Part shown: one piece after another, positions 19,420-29,874 of the stretch
Layout of the letters: each line of letters starts with the position of its first letter
How positions within the stretch are numbered: the stretch's first letter is position 1
Source: Nemertoderma westbladi
Lineage: Eukaryota > Animalia > Xenacoelomorpha
NCBI GenBank assembly: GCA_032718475.1
Contig: JAUCBJ010000227.1
Coordinates: forward strand, 1 to 37,400
Reading direction: 5' to 3'
DNA: 37,400 nucleotides
Translations under genes and position numbers: made by a program
The notes under the pieces: model-generated
What the model was told of the DNA's origin: nothing
Seen by the model: only the letters and a program-made list of their open reading frames with translations
Databases searched by the model: none

Positions 19420-21486
19420 GGTTCGGGTTGGTGTGGTTCGAACTCGGCTGAGTTCGATTGTTTGGTAGGGTTCGGGTTGGTATGGTTAGTGCGGTTCGAA
19501 CTCGGCAGAGTTCGATTGTTTGGTTGGGTTCGGGTTGGTTTGGTTCGAACTCGGCTGAGTTCGATTGTTTCGTAGGTTCGGGTTGTTATGGTTGGTGTGG
19601 TTCGAACCTGGCTGATTTCGATTGTTTGGTAGGTTCGGGTTGGTATCGGTTGGTGTGGTTTGAACCCGGCTGAGTTCGATTGTTTGGTAGGGTTCGGGTT
19701 GGTATGGTTAGTGCGGTTCGAACTCGGCAGAGTTCGATTGTTTGGTTGGGTTCGGGTTGGTTTGGTTCGAACTCGGCTGAGTTCGATTGTTTGGTAGGTT
19801 CGGGTTGTTATGGTTGGTGTGGTTCGAACCTGGCTGATTTCGATTGTTTGGTAGGGTTCGGGTTGGTATGGTTGGTGCGGTTCGAACTCGGCTGAGTTCG
19901 ATTGTATGGTAGGTTCGGGTTTGTGTGGTTGGTGTGGTTCGAACTTGGCTGAGTTCGATTGTTTGGTAGGGTTCGGGTTGGTGTGGTTCGAACTCGGCTG
20001 AGTTTGATTGTTTGGCAGTTTAGGGTTGGTTTGGTTTGTGTGGTTCGATCTCGGCTGAGTTCGATTGTTTGATAGATTCGGGTTGGTATGGTTGATGTGG
20101 TTCGAAATCGGCCGAGTTCGATTGTTTGGTAGGGTTCGGGTTGGTATGGTTGGTGTGGTTCGAACTCGGCTGACTTCGATTGTTTGGTAGGGTTCAGGTT
20201 GGTATGGTTGGTGTGGTACGAACTCGGCTGAGTGCGATTGTTTGGTAGGGTTTGGGTTGGTTTGGTTCGAACTCGGCTGAGTTTGATTGTTTGGTAGGTT
20301 CGGGTTGGTATGGTTGGTGTGGTTCGAACTCGGCTGACTTCGATTGTTTGGTAGGGTTCAGGTTGGTATGGTTGGTGTGGTACGAACTCGGCTGAGTGCG
20401 ATTGTTTGGTAGGGTTTGGGTTGGTTTGGTTCGAAATCGGCCGAGTTCGATTGTTTGGTAGGGTTCGGGTTGGTATGGTTGGTGTGGTTCGAACTCGGCT
20501 GACTTCGATTGTTTGGTAGGGTTCAGGTTGGTATGGTTGGTGTGGTACGAACTCGGCTGAGTGCGATTGTTTGGTAGGGTTTGGGTTGGTTTGGTTCGAA
20601 ATCGGCCGAGTTCGATTGTTTGGTAGGGTTCGGGTTGGTATGGTTGGTGTGGTTCGAACTCGGCTGACTTCGATTGTTTGGTAGGGTTCAGGTTGGTATG
20701 GTTGGTGTGGTACGAACTCGGCTGAGTGCGATTGTTTGGTAGGGTTTGGGTTGGTTTGGTTCGAACTCGGCTGAGTTCGATTGTTTGGTTGGGCTTCGGT
20801 TTGGTAGCGGTTGGTGTGGTTCGAACTCGGCTGAGTTCGATTGTTTGGTTGGGTTCGGGTTGGTATGGGTGGTGTGGTTCGAACTCGGCTGAGTTCGATT
20901 GTTTGGTAGGGCTTCGGTTTGGTAACGGTTGATGTGGTTCGAACTCGACTGAGTTCGATTATTTTGTAGGGTTCTGGTTGGTATGGTTGGTGTGGTACGA
21001 ACTCGGCTGAGTGCGATTGTTTGGTAGGGTTTGGGTTGGTGTGGTTTGAACTCGGCTGAGTTCGATTGTTTGGTACGGTTCGGGTTGGTATGGTTGGTGC
21101 GGCTCGAACTTGGGTGAGTTCGATTGTTTGGTAGGGTTTCGGTTTGGAAACGGTTGATGTGGTTCGAACTCGACTGAGTTCGATTGTTTTGTAGGGTTCG
21201 GGTTGGTATGGTTGGTGTGGTACGAACTCGGCTGAGTTCGATTGTTTGGTAGGGCTTCGGTTTGGTAACGGTTGATGTGGTTCGAACTCGACTGAGTTCG
21301 ATTGTTTTGTAGGGTTCGGGTTGGTATGGTTGGTGTGGTACGAACTCGGCTGAGTGCGATTGTTTGGTAGGGTTTGGGTTGGTGTGGTTTGAACTCGGCT
21401 GAGTTCGATTGTTTGGTACGGTTCGGGTTGGTATGGTTGGTGCGGTTCGAAGTCGGCTGAGTTCGATTGTTTGGTAGGGTTCGGGT
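19417..21486 (+). repeat. 58/48-bp satellite, block 2, with higher-order repeats (~222 bp and ~164 bp)
   Basis: Variant monomers recur in fixed order: 19458 vs 19680 (222-bp period, also visible in the ORF track) and ~164-bp periodicity across ~20100-20760. Confidence 0.95.
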
Positions 21487-23112
21487 AAAAGAAGTAAAAG
21501 TGTCTGAGTCTGTACTCCCAGATATTCCCATTGGTGATATCTCCTTTGCAGAAGTGAAGGCTGCTGCAAAGAGCATTAAGACCAATCGTGCCAGTGGAGT
21601 AGATGGTGTTCCCCCTGAGGTCTTTAAAATACCTGAGTGTTTAAAGCTCATCTATCCCATCATAGTAGACATGTACCGAACAACAGGAGTCCCACAAGAA
21701 ATGAAAACAAATAAGTTGGTGCCAGTTCCCAAGAAAGGCAACCTAACACTCTATGGTTCTTTTCGGGGAATCTCATTGATCTCGATTGCTGCAAAGCTAT
21801 ACTGTACAATAGAATTCTATTAAATCGCATCAGGGATCCCATTGAGAGACTGCTCCGTGGAAATCAGAATGGGTTCCGTAAAGGTCGTGGGACCATGGAG
21901 CCCATTTTTGCACTTAGAAGGATAATTGAAGAGTTATCAAAAAAGAAAGACAGGCATCTGGCTGTTATCTTTGTTGACTTCTTCAAGGCCTTTGATTCAG
22001 TCTCTCGCTCACGTATGCTCAGCATACTTTCATTATATGGGATTCCTGATGAAATTATTGCAGCAATCAGATCAGTTGACTGTTGTCTACTGTTGACGGT
22101 GACACAGAACCATTTGAAGTGTTATGGGGCGTCCTCCAAGGAGACACACTTGCACCATTCTTGTTCATAATTGTTGTTGACTATGTTCTACTCATGTCCT
22201 TAGATCATCATAATGATGATGGGGTGATGATAACTCCACCTACTGGCTCCAGAAGTCGAGGAAATCCTTCCAAGTACCTAACTGATCTAGACTTTGCTGA
22301 TTGACTTAGGAGTACTCTCAGAATCACTAGAGGGAGCCCAACGGCTCCTCAGCTCATTAGAACATGCTACTTCTAGTGTTGGTCTTTTTATTAACTCCAG
22401 AAAGACCAAAATTTTGACAGTTAACTTTGAAAGTCCTCAGCAAGTCTCTGATCGGATGAACATAAGCTCAAAAGATGGTATGCTTGAGCATGTGGATGAC
22501 TTCTGTTACCTGGGATCATGGATCCGGAAGTCAGGTGAGGACCTTCGAATACGTAAGGGAAAGGCATGGGCAGCCTTGAATAGGCTTTCCAGGATTTGGA
22601 AGTCACCGATAATTAATCGGAAACTTAAGGTCCGATTATTTAGAGCAGCAGTAGTTCCAGTACTCCTCTATGGGAGTCCATGCTGGGCTCTAACTGCTGA
22701 GGACACCAAATCTCTGGACGGCACATTCACAAGAATGCTACGCCTGGTTCATTGTGTCAAGTACAATGCACTTATCTCCAACCAGACACTATATAACATT
22801 AGAGGTGTCTCATTGTTTCCCCCAAGCTTGACACTAGAACAAACTCGCCTCCGCTTTGCAGGATATTGCTTTCGCCGTGAGGACCAACCAGTGCATAATC
22901 TTGTACTTTGGCAGCCTCATGGAGTGAATAAGCATGGTGGACATCCCATGTCTTTCTTGAGACGCATCTTAAAGGACACTGGCCTTGAAGATGCAGATGA
23001 TCTAGCAAATGTCATGGGTGATACGGAGTTGTGGCGGTGCAATTTTGTCGATAAGCCGGCACAGCATTCTTAATAATGCAGCTGCAATGCCTCCTGCCGA
23101 TCCTAGTAGTAG
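21487..23112 (+). mobile_element. RTE-like LINE, 5'-truncated, RT with frameshifts
   Basis: VPVPKKGNL, FRGISL, GFRKGRGTMEPIFALRRIIEE, FVDFFKAFDSV, GVLQGDTLAPFLFIIVVDY, DLDFAD, YLGS, LLYGS, RLRFAG. It has a short 3' UTR and TAGTAGTAG tail and is split over four ORFs. Confidence 0.92.
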
Positions 23113-23807
23113 GATTCGGGTTGGTGTGGTTGGTGCGGTTCGAACTCGGCTGAGTTCGATTGTTTTGTAGGGTTCGGGTTGGTGTGGTTCGAACTCGGCT
23201 GAGTTTGATTGTTTGGCAGTTTAGGGTTGGTATGGTTTGTGTGGTTCGATCTCGGCTGAGTTCGATTGTTTGATAGATTCGGGTTGGTATGGTTGATGTG
23301 GTTCGAACTCGGCCGAATTCGATTGTTTGGTAGGGTTCGGGTTGGTATGGTTGGTGTGGTTCGAACTCGGCTGAATTCGATTGTTTGGTAGGGTTCGGGT
23401 TGGTATGGTTGGTGTGGTACGAACTCGGCTGAGTGCGATTGTTTGGTAGGGTTTGGGTTGGTGTGGTTCGAACTCGGCTGAGTTTGATTGTTTGGTAGGT
23501 TCGGGTTGGTATGGTTGGTGTGGTTCGAACTCGGCTGAGTTCGATTGTTTGGTAGGGTTTCGGTTTGGTAACGGTTGGTGTGGTTCGAACCCGGCTGAGT
23601 TCGATTGTTTGGTTGGGTTCGGGTTGGTATGGTTGGTGTGGTTCGAACTCGGCTGAGTTCGATTGTTTGGTAGGGCTTCAGTTTGGTAACGGTTGATGTG
23701 GTTCGAACTCGACTGAGTTCGATTGTTTGGTAGGGCTTCGGTTTGGTAGCGTTTGGTGTGGTTCGAACTCGGCTGAGTTCGATTGTTTGTTTGGTTTCGG
23801 GTTGGTA
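23110..23807 (+). repeat. 58/48-bp satellite, block 3
   Basis: Same monomer. Rare variants (ggcagtttagggtt, gatagattcggg) are shared with ~20010-20085. Confidence 0.95.
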
Positions 23808-25200
23808 TTTTGGGAGTGCCTTTCACCGATTTTATTTGCAATTTTCATAATTGACCTGGAGGCTGAAATAGAATGCAGGGGAGTACCGGTAGATGGTGTT
23901 GTTGTTGAATTTTCCAATTGTTGTAGACAGATCATGATCAGTGAAACTGCACGTGGATTGCAAACAGCTTTTGATGTTTTAAATGGTTATTCAACTTACT
24001 GGGGGTTGACGGTTAATCATGTGAAGTCTAATATTGTTGTATTCAGGAATGGCGGTCGACTGGCCGCAGACGAGGTGTGGTATTATAAGGGGTTCGAGCT
24101 AGAGGTGGTCTCATCATACACTTACTTGGGTATTATTTTTTCATCTTCAGGTAGTTTCATATTGGTTTAGAATAAGCTTGCCGAGAAAGGATCTAAGCAT
24201 GACCTACTATAACAACAGTTATAGTTATAACAGTAATAGTTAACAACTGTTATAGTAGGTCATGATCTAAGGCATACTTTTCCCTTTTAAAGTACTTACA
24301 TATATTTTCGAACATTTCTTTTGGAATCAATTTATCTATATTTGATATGCTGATTAAACCAATACTGTAAGACTATGGTAGCGAAGTATGGGGTTTTCAC
24401 AGAGACATAGAATGTGAGCGTGTAGATTTTCGGTTTCTGAAACGTATCCTGGAAACGTAAAGACGAGTACTCCCGACTTCATGAGGTATGGCGAGTCTGG
24501 AACCTTTCCATTATATTTGCATACTGTAGGCGTATTCGAATTTTAAAATATTGGTTACGTATTATTTCCATACCCGAAGGTAGACTATAGCTAAACAGGC
24601 ATACTGTACTATTTGCAACTGAAGAATGTACATGTACTGTACAGGTGACCGTAATTATGTTTCCTAAATGTGATTTACTTAATTCTGCGGGACAAAGTTG
24701 GGCTTGGAAAAACCAGGATGCATCAAATTCGAAGGGATTTACAGCAAGGGTGAAAAATTATAATGGATAATTTCATTCAAACTTAGTGGAATGCTGTTGA
24801 AAGTTCGCCAAAGGGGAAATACTTTAGTATTATAAGCGTGTATATGGAGTGGAGTCATACAATCATACTTGAAGGTTCTCAGTTGTTATCCAAATTTATG
24901 TAGGTCAGTGGGTTCCCTGAGATGCTCTTCTCATGGGATATAAATTTAGCGAGGTCGATGGCGTAATGTGCCACGTGCTGACAGATTATGCCGACTCTGC
25001 ATCTCTCAGGAAGTAGAAGATGAGTACCATTTTGTACTTTGCTACCCTTTTTATAACAATTTACGCTTGCAGTTCCTACCTCACAGGTATACCCTGATAC
25101 CAGCCATACAACACCTTTAAGTTTCGTGAACTTCTGGGTAACCAATCAAAAACCAAAATCAAACACGTTAGTAGGGCCTTAGCGCAGAACGATACCCTTT
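23808..25200 (+). pseudogene. Decayed LINE (L2/Crack/Daphne-like) RT C-terminal part
   Basis: ECLSPILFAIFIIDL, LTVNHVKSNIVVF, YTYLGIIF, YGSEVWG, RFLKRIL, YGESG.FPL and the C-terminal EDEYHFVL motif, with stops and frameshifts. Confidence 0.8.
24198..24264. mobile_element. 67-bp miniature inverted-repeat insertion with 17-bp perfect TIR and 7-bp TSD
   Basis: catgacctactataaca ... tgttatagtaggtcatg is flanked by atctaag on both sides, and removal restores LINE coding EKGSKAYFS. Confidence 0.85.
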
Positions 25201-25385
25201 ATTAAAAAGTACTGTATACTAAATTATATTACTATTGGATATACGTAAACTGTCTTTCCCGAAATATATATGAGTGATGGCGATGCTATCAGTATGCGAT
25301 AATTAGTTATAAAAATAGAGGTCATTTCAGTTTGCACTTACACGCTTTAACTGTCATTTGTAAACTTACTAATTGCTATTATTAA

Positions 25386-26936
25386 CCCTATTAGTACCGG
25401 GCTATAAAATGTTGTACAAATACCGGGGGGGGGGGGGGGTCATATTGACCCCCCCCCCCCTCTAAAATCTACAAATATTTACGAAAACGTCTGATTTTTT
25501 GTTTGTACGTAGGTATCACTTGTCTGGATCAGACCGAAAAAAAAAATTTTCGAAAAAATGTACTGGGGTGGTTATATTGCAGCACCAAAAGTACAAGTAG
25601 TGCACAATTTTCACCAAATTTGAAAGTTACATTTTAGGCTAATTATTTTTCAATACTGGTTTTCTGGGGTGCAAAATACATTGGAAAATATTAAAAAATG
25701 ATATGATTACTATAAATGGCTGTTTAGTCCTCTCTGCGTAGGAAAAAAATGAAAAAGACAAGTAACCAGCACTTTTCAGTTTGAACACATAATTTTTAAT
25801 TCACTTATACGATGCTATAAATTCACATTTTCAGGTTTTCGAGGGCGCTGATTCTAATGGAATACATTTCTAATATGCCAGATCATTGCTACTTGTATTT
25901 TTAGGCGTAATTTGGCAAATTTTGGTGCGAGCACCAAATTTGTACCCATCACCAATAAGTACAAGTTTGCGATGTCCAGTGCTGTTTTTATTGATTCCAT
26001 TGGATTCAGGACCCTCATAAACCCGTATAACGCAAGAAACAAGGTGATACTATCTACTTATCAATTTGCATATTTTCCAAAATTTGGTGCTGGCACAACA
26101 ATTTTCACCCACCGGCGAAAAATACAAGTTTGAGAACTCTTATGAAATTTTTACTGATTCAATTGAATTCAGAACCATCACAAGTCCGTATAACGCAAGA
26201 AACAAGGCGACACAATCAATTTATATATTTGATGGTTTTCAAATTTACATTTTGCACCCACATCCGAAAAATACAAGTTTGAGATGTCTAGTTCGATAAT
26301 TATATTTTCCATTGAATTCAGAACAGCCATAAACCTCTAAAACGCAAGAAATAAATTGTCACAAGCAATTTTATCTATTGAATGGATTTTCAAAATTTCG
26401 TGCTAGCACCAAAATTTGCACACAGCACCGAAAAATACAAGTATGATACGCTTGGTGCAACTTGTATATATTTCATCGAATCCAGAAACCCAAAAAACCC
26501 CAATTGCGTAAAAAACAAGTTTCAAACGATCAATTTACAAAATTGACTTATTTCAAAATTTGGTGCTGGCACCAAAATTTGGCACCCACCGAAAAAAACA
26601 AGTTTGAAATTTCTAAATCAATTTATATGAATTCCATCAAATTTCTAACACCAAAAAACCGGTGTAAATCAAAAATAGCGATGTTACAATTCATATTTAC
26701 TGAAATGTAATTTTCAAAAAACGTCTCAAAAAAAGTTCCAAAAGTAGGGTTAAAAAATGGTGCTATAACTCGAAAAGTACCCAATATTTTGGAAAACGGT
26801 TTTCACTACTAGGAAGACAATAGATTTTTAGGAAAAGTCATAAAATTTCAGATTCCCAACTGCGTTTGTTTCAGAATTATAATAAAAAAACCACGGGGGG
26901 GTCATATTGACCCCCCCCCCCCCGGGTTTAATAGGG
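25386..26936. mobile_element. piggyBac-like non-autonomous element
   Basis: TTAA|CCCTATTAGTACCGGG ... CCCGGGTTTAATAGGG|TTAA, with a subterminal poly-G-TCATATTGA-poly-C palindrome near both ends. Confidence 0.85.
25900..26700. repeat. ~160-bp degenerate tandem repeat inside the piggyBac-like element
   Basis: Recurring aaatttggtgc(t/g)(a/g)gcaccaaa palindrome, aaaatacaagtttga and taacgcaagaaa motifs, about 5 copies. Confidence 0.8.
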
Positions 26937-28299
26937 TTAAGTTAAGTATGACATACTCTTCTCCTTCATTAGCCTCGTTCCGCTCGTCCTGTTCTGATTC
27001 AAAATAATTTTCCTAAATGGAGTCTAACGACCTTTATAACTGTGCAAAGTCTCGAAACTGTGAGAGTAACTGCTGATTTATGGCAGATGGCTCGTATCCA
27101 CTGTAAACTCGTTTCGTTCGTTCTTTTTTTACTAAACTTCATATTCTTTCTAAACTTTTTGACGGTCTATATACATACGTACAAAGTTTCGTTTAATTTC
27201 ATCAAGGAACAAACGAGTTATTAGCGTTCTAACATTTACGACAACAGAAGACGACGACAGACAACTCGTTAATGGCACCCATATGCTAAGGCTTCGCTCG
27301 CTTCGTGGCTCGCCCCACAGTTTAGTTTGTTTCTATTAAAGGCATTTACACTGCGTTTGGAAGCTACTGCGCCTCGTGTACAAATATATAGTAGTTGCGT
27401 AGTATGCTTTCACTGTAATTGTTTTACTGTTGAAATAAACGTTCATTGAATATGTAAAGTTAATTAGTCACTGGCAGACTGGGCCACCCAATGTTAGCCT
27501 TGTTTTACTACAGTATTATATTATAATATTAATCAGATTAATATAGTTTGTTTTTGTTGTATATATTTCGAGCACTTTTTATTATATAGAAGTATAGTAA
27601 TCTAGTGTATGTTGTGCATTATTGTGTATAATTTGTTGATAGGCCTACTGATAACGACAATGGCCCTCTAATTGGCATGTCAGAGGAAATAAATAAAAAA
27701 TAATGTAATTTGTGGGATCTTTTCTCATCTATGTGTTGGTACCTACCAGAATTAAACAGTTCAGCGGTTTACAGCTCATGCAATATAAATAATATTAGGA
27801 TTATTTTCAGATTTCCTTTCGGCCTAATAACATACTTACTTAACACAGTAACTCGTAGATAACAGGCTGACAGGATAATGTATTATATTTACTCTTACAT
27901 CTTATGACAGTATGAACAATAATGAAGGCCTTGTTCTCTACATCTACATACAACAACAACTAACATACAGTTTAAATTTGTGCTTACCTATCACTTTATA
28001 CTTTTATATAATACTGTATGCATATTATTATATATCATTGTCAGCTCAGAGAGTTGTGTGGACCTACGGTCAGAGCAGAGGGTAAACGGTACTGAACTAC
28101 TGTTCGTTTTTTATTACTGTATTCAGGTATTAGACCATAGGCCTACTGCGGAGTGGATTACTGCCATATACCGCCATCATAGGCTATTTTTTTGGTGATT
28201 ACCGGGATGCCTACCGGCAGGGCAAACCGGTACCCACACCTACCGCTACCAACAGTATGCAGTAGGTAGTGTACAGTAACTATATCAGTATAATAGAGC

Positions 28300-29150
28300 T
28301 GTTCTATCAATTGATGATTCTCATCAACTGCAACATGATATTGATACTATTCATTTATCGTCTGAATTATGGCAATTTCATTTTAATTTGAAGAAGTGTG
28401 GCATCATAACCCTTCCAAGGAACTACCTCAATTCATTCACCACGACAATATCGAATGGATAACCAAGTTCTGCCAATGTTGACTTCCTCTAGAGACCTGG
28501 GGGTTGAAATATGCGGTGATTTAAGTATAGTGAACATGTATGCCGTATTATTGCCAGTAAGGCCAGGCAAGTATGTTATCATATCAGATACGGCAGTACG
28601 GAGAGCCTTTGGCCACTGGGATGGATGCAAATTTACAATTTGGCTTTTTCGAAACATTTGCTAGGCCAATATTATAGTACAATGCTGTCATCTGGAACCC
28701 ATCACTAATCAAGGATATTGATGCGATTGGACGAGTGTAGAGAGACTTTACATGATATCTGCCTGGCTGCAAAGAATTATCTTTATCATCAACGATTAAT
28801 TCGCATTAATGCTGATCCCCTTGAAGTTCGTCGCATTAAGTTGGATTTAACAGAAATGTACAAAATAGTTACCCTTAACAACAATGCAGGCAATTTCTTC
28901 ACTCTTTCAAATTTATGTTCTATCAGAGGTCATTCACTCCAAGAAACTGGTGTTACCGCGTTCTAACTTAAACTTTTTGCATAGTCACTTCACAGTTCGT
29001 CGGACCTCACTCTGGAACAGCCTTGATGAGAGCACGGTGACTTCTACTGTAGATCGCTTTCTTTATTCCGCAAGGCAATCAATAATATTAACTTACTTGA
29101 TCATTGTAAAGGGAATTGGAAGAATTCAATGTCAGAATGTATGATGTCCA
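28300..29150 (+). pseudogene. Decayed CR1-like LINE 3' fragment
   Basis: LQHDID..WQFHFNLKKC, RDLGV, RPIL*Y..WNP..DID.IGRV, LEVRRIKLDL.EMYKI, RGH, FTVRR..LWNSL. Confidence 0.8.
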
Positions 29151-29516
29151 TCTATGGCCACCTCATTGAGTAGCTAGTGACGATATCTATATCTACTAAT
29201 AAACTGCAACACTTGTACTGTACAGTACATACCGTAACTTATCTGATTTAAAATTTTTAAGTATCATGTGTTCTCCTCGTGTTTTAATTATAACTGTTTT
29301 AATTTAGCTTATTTTTAATCTTTTTAATGTAGCTGGTTTAACTTTATATATGTTTTAATTATAATATAATTATAGTATTTTATTTCATCACTTTGAGGTG
29401 CTTTTTATAAGCATGGCTGAGTGCCATCTCTGTATTGACCTAAAGTTATATGTATAACTTTATTTTAAATTAATCGATTTTAGAGAATTAAACAGCATTA
29501 TTATTATTAATATTAT

Positions 29517-29861
29517 TGTGCGGGACTCAGTCTCCCTGCCTTTGGATATATATTGCATAGCCTACAAGAGGTCATGCCTTTGACTATCTGACTATTGTTA
29601 TTACCCTACCAGTTCTCTTTACGTGCATACTGTAACTATATCACATACCTGTCCTGTCTGCATGTCGCCGTTATGCCGCCAGTACTGCTGTATGTTGTTT
29701 ATTCATTCTTATTAACGTTATGTACCGGTAACAACTGCTGTTAGATATATCTACAACTGATCTATATATATTTTATTATTATATATGTTCAGGTCCGTGA
29801 TAGTTAGAGTTTACCTACTCTTCATTTTATACACTTATACAGTCCAGAGTCCACACATTCT
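29517..29861 (+). repeat. 5' LTR of the BEL/Pao element
   Basis: Colinear with 34485-35000 (shared gaggtcatgcctttgact, ttattcattcttattaacgtta, tttacctactcttcattttatacac, agtccacacattct). Confidence 0.85.
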
Positions 29862-29874
29862 TCAAACCGGATAT

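Noticed and set aside
20688-21651. Long minus-strand ORFs (293 aa, 230 aa; also 18227-18775 and 23221-23841)
   Set aside because: They are translations of the stop-poor C/A-rich strand of the satellite, with frames cycling through the 58-bp monomer.
18339-23807. CRISPR-like array (palindromic repeats with intervening sequence)
   Set aside because: The intervening sequences are near-identical rather than unique spacers, there are no cas genes, and the context is eukaryotic TE sequence.
26941-27320. Helentron/DINE-like element (gcttcgctcg hairpins, GAC/GACA microsatellite)
   Set aside because: The motifs are suggestive, but no definable termini or subterminal inverted repeats were found.
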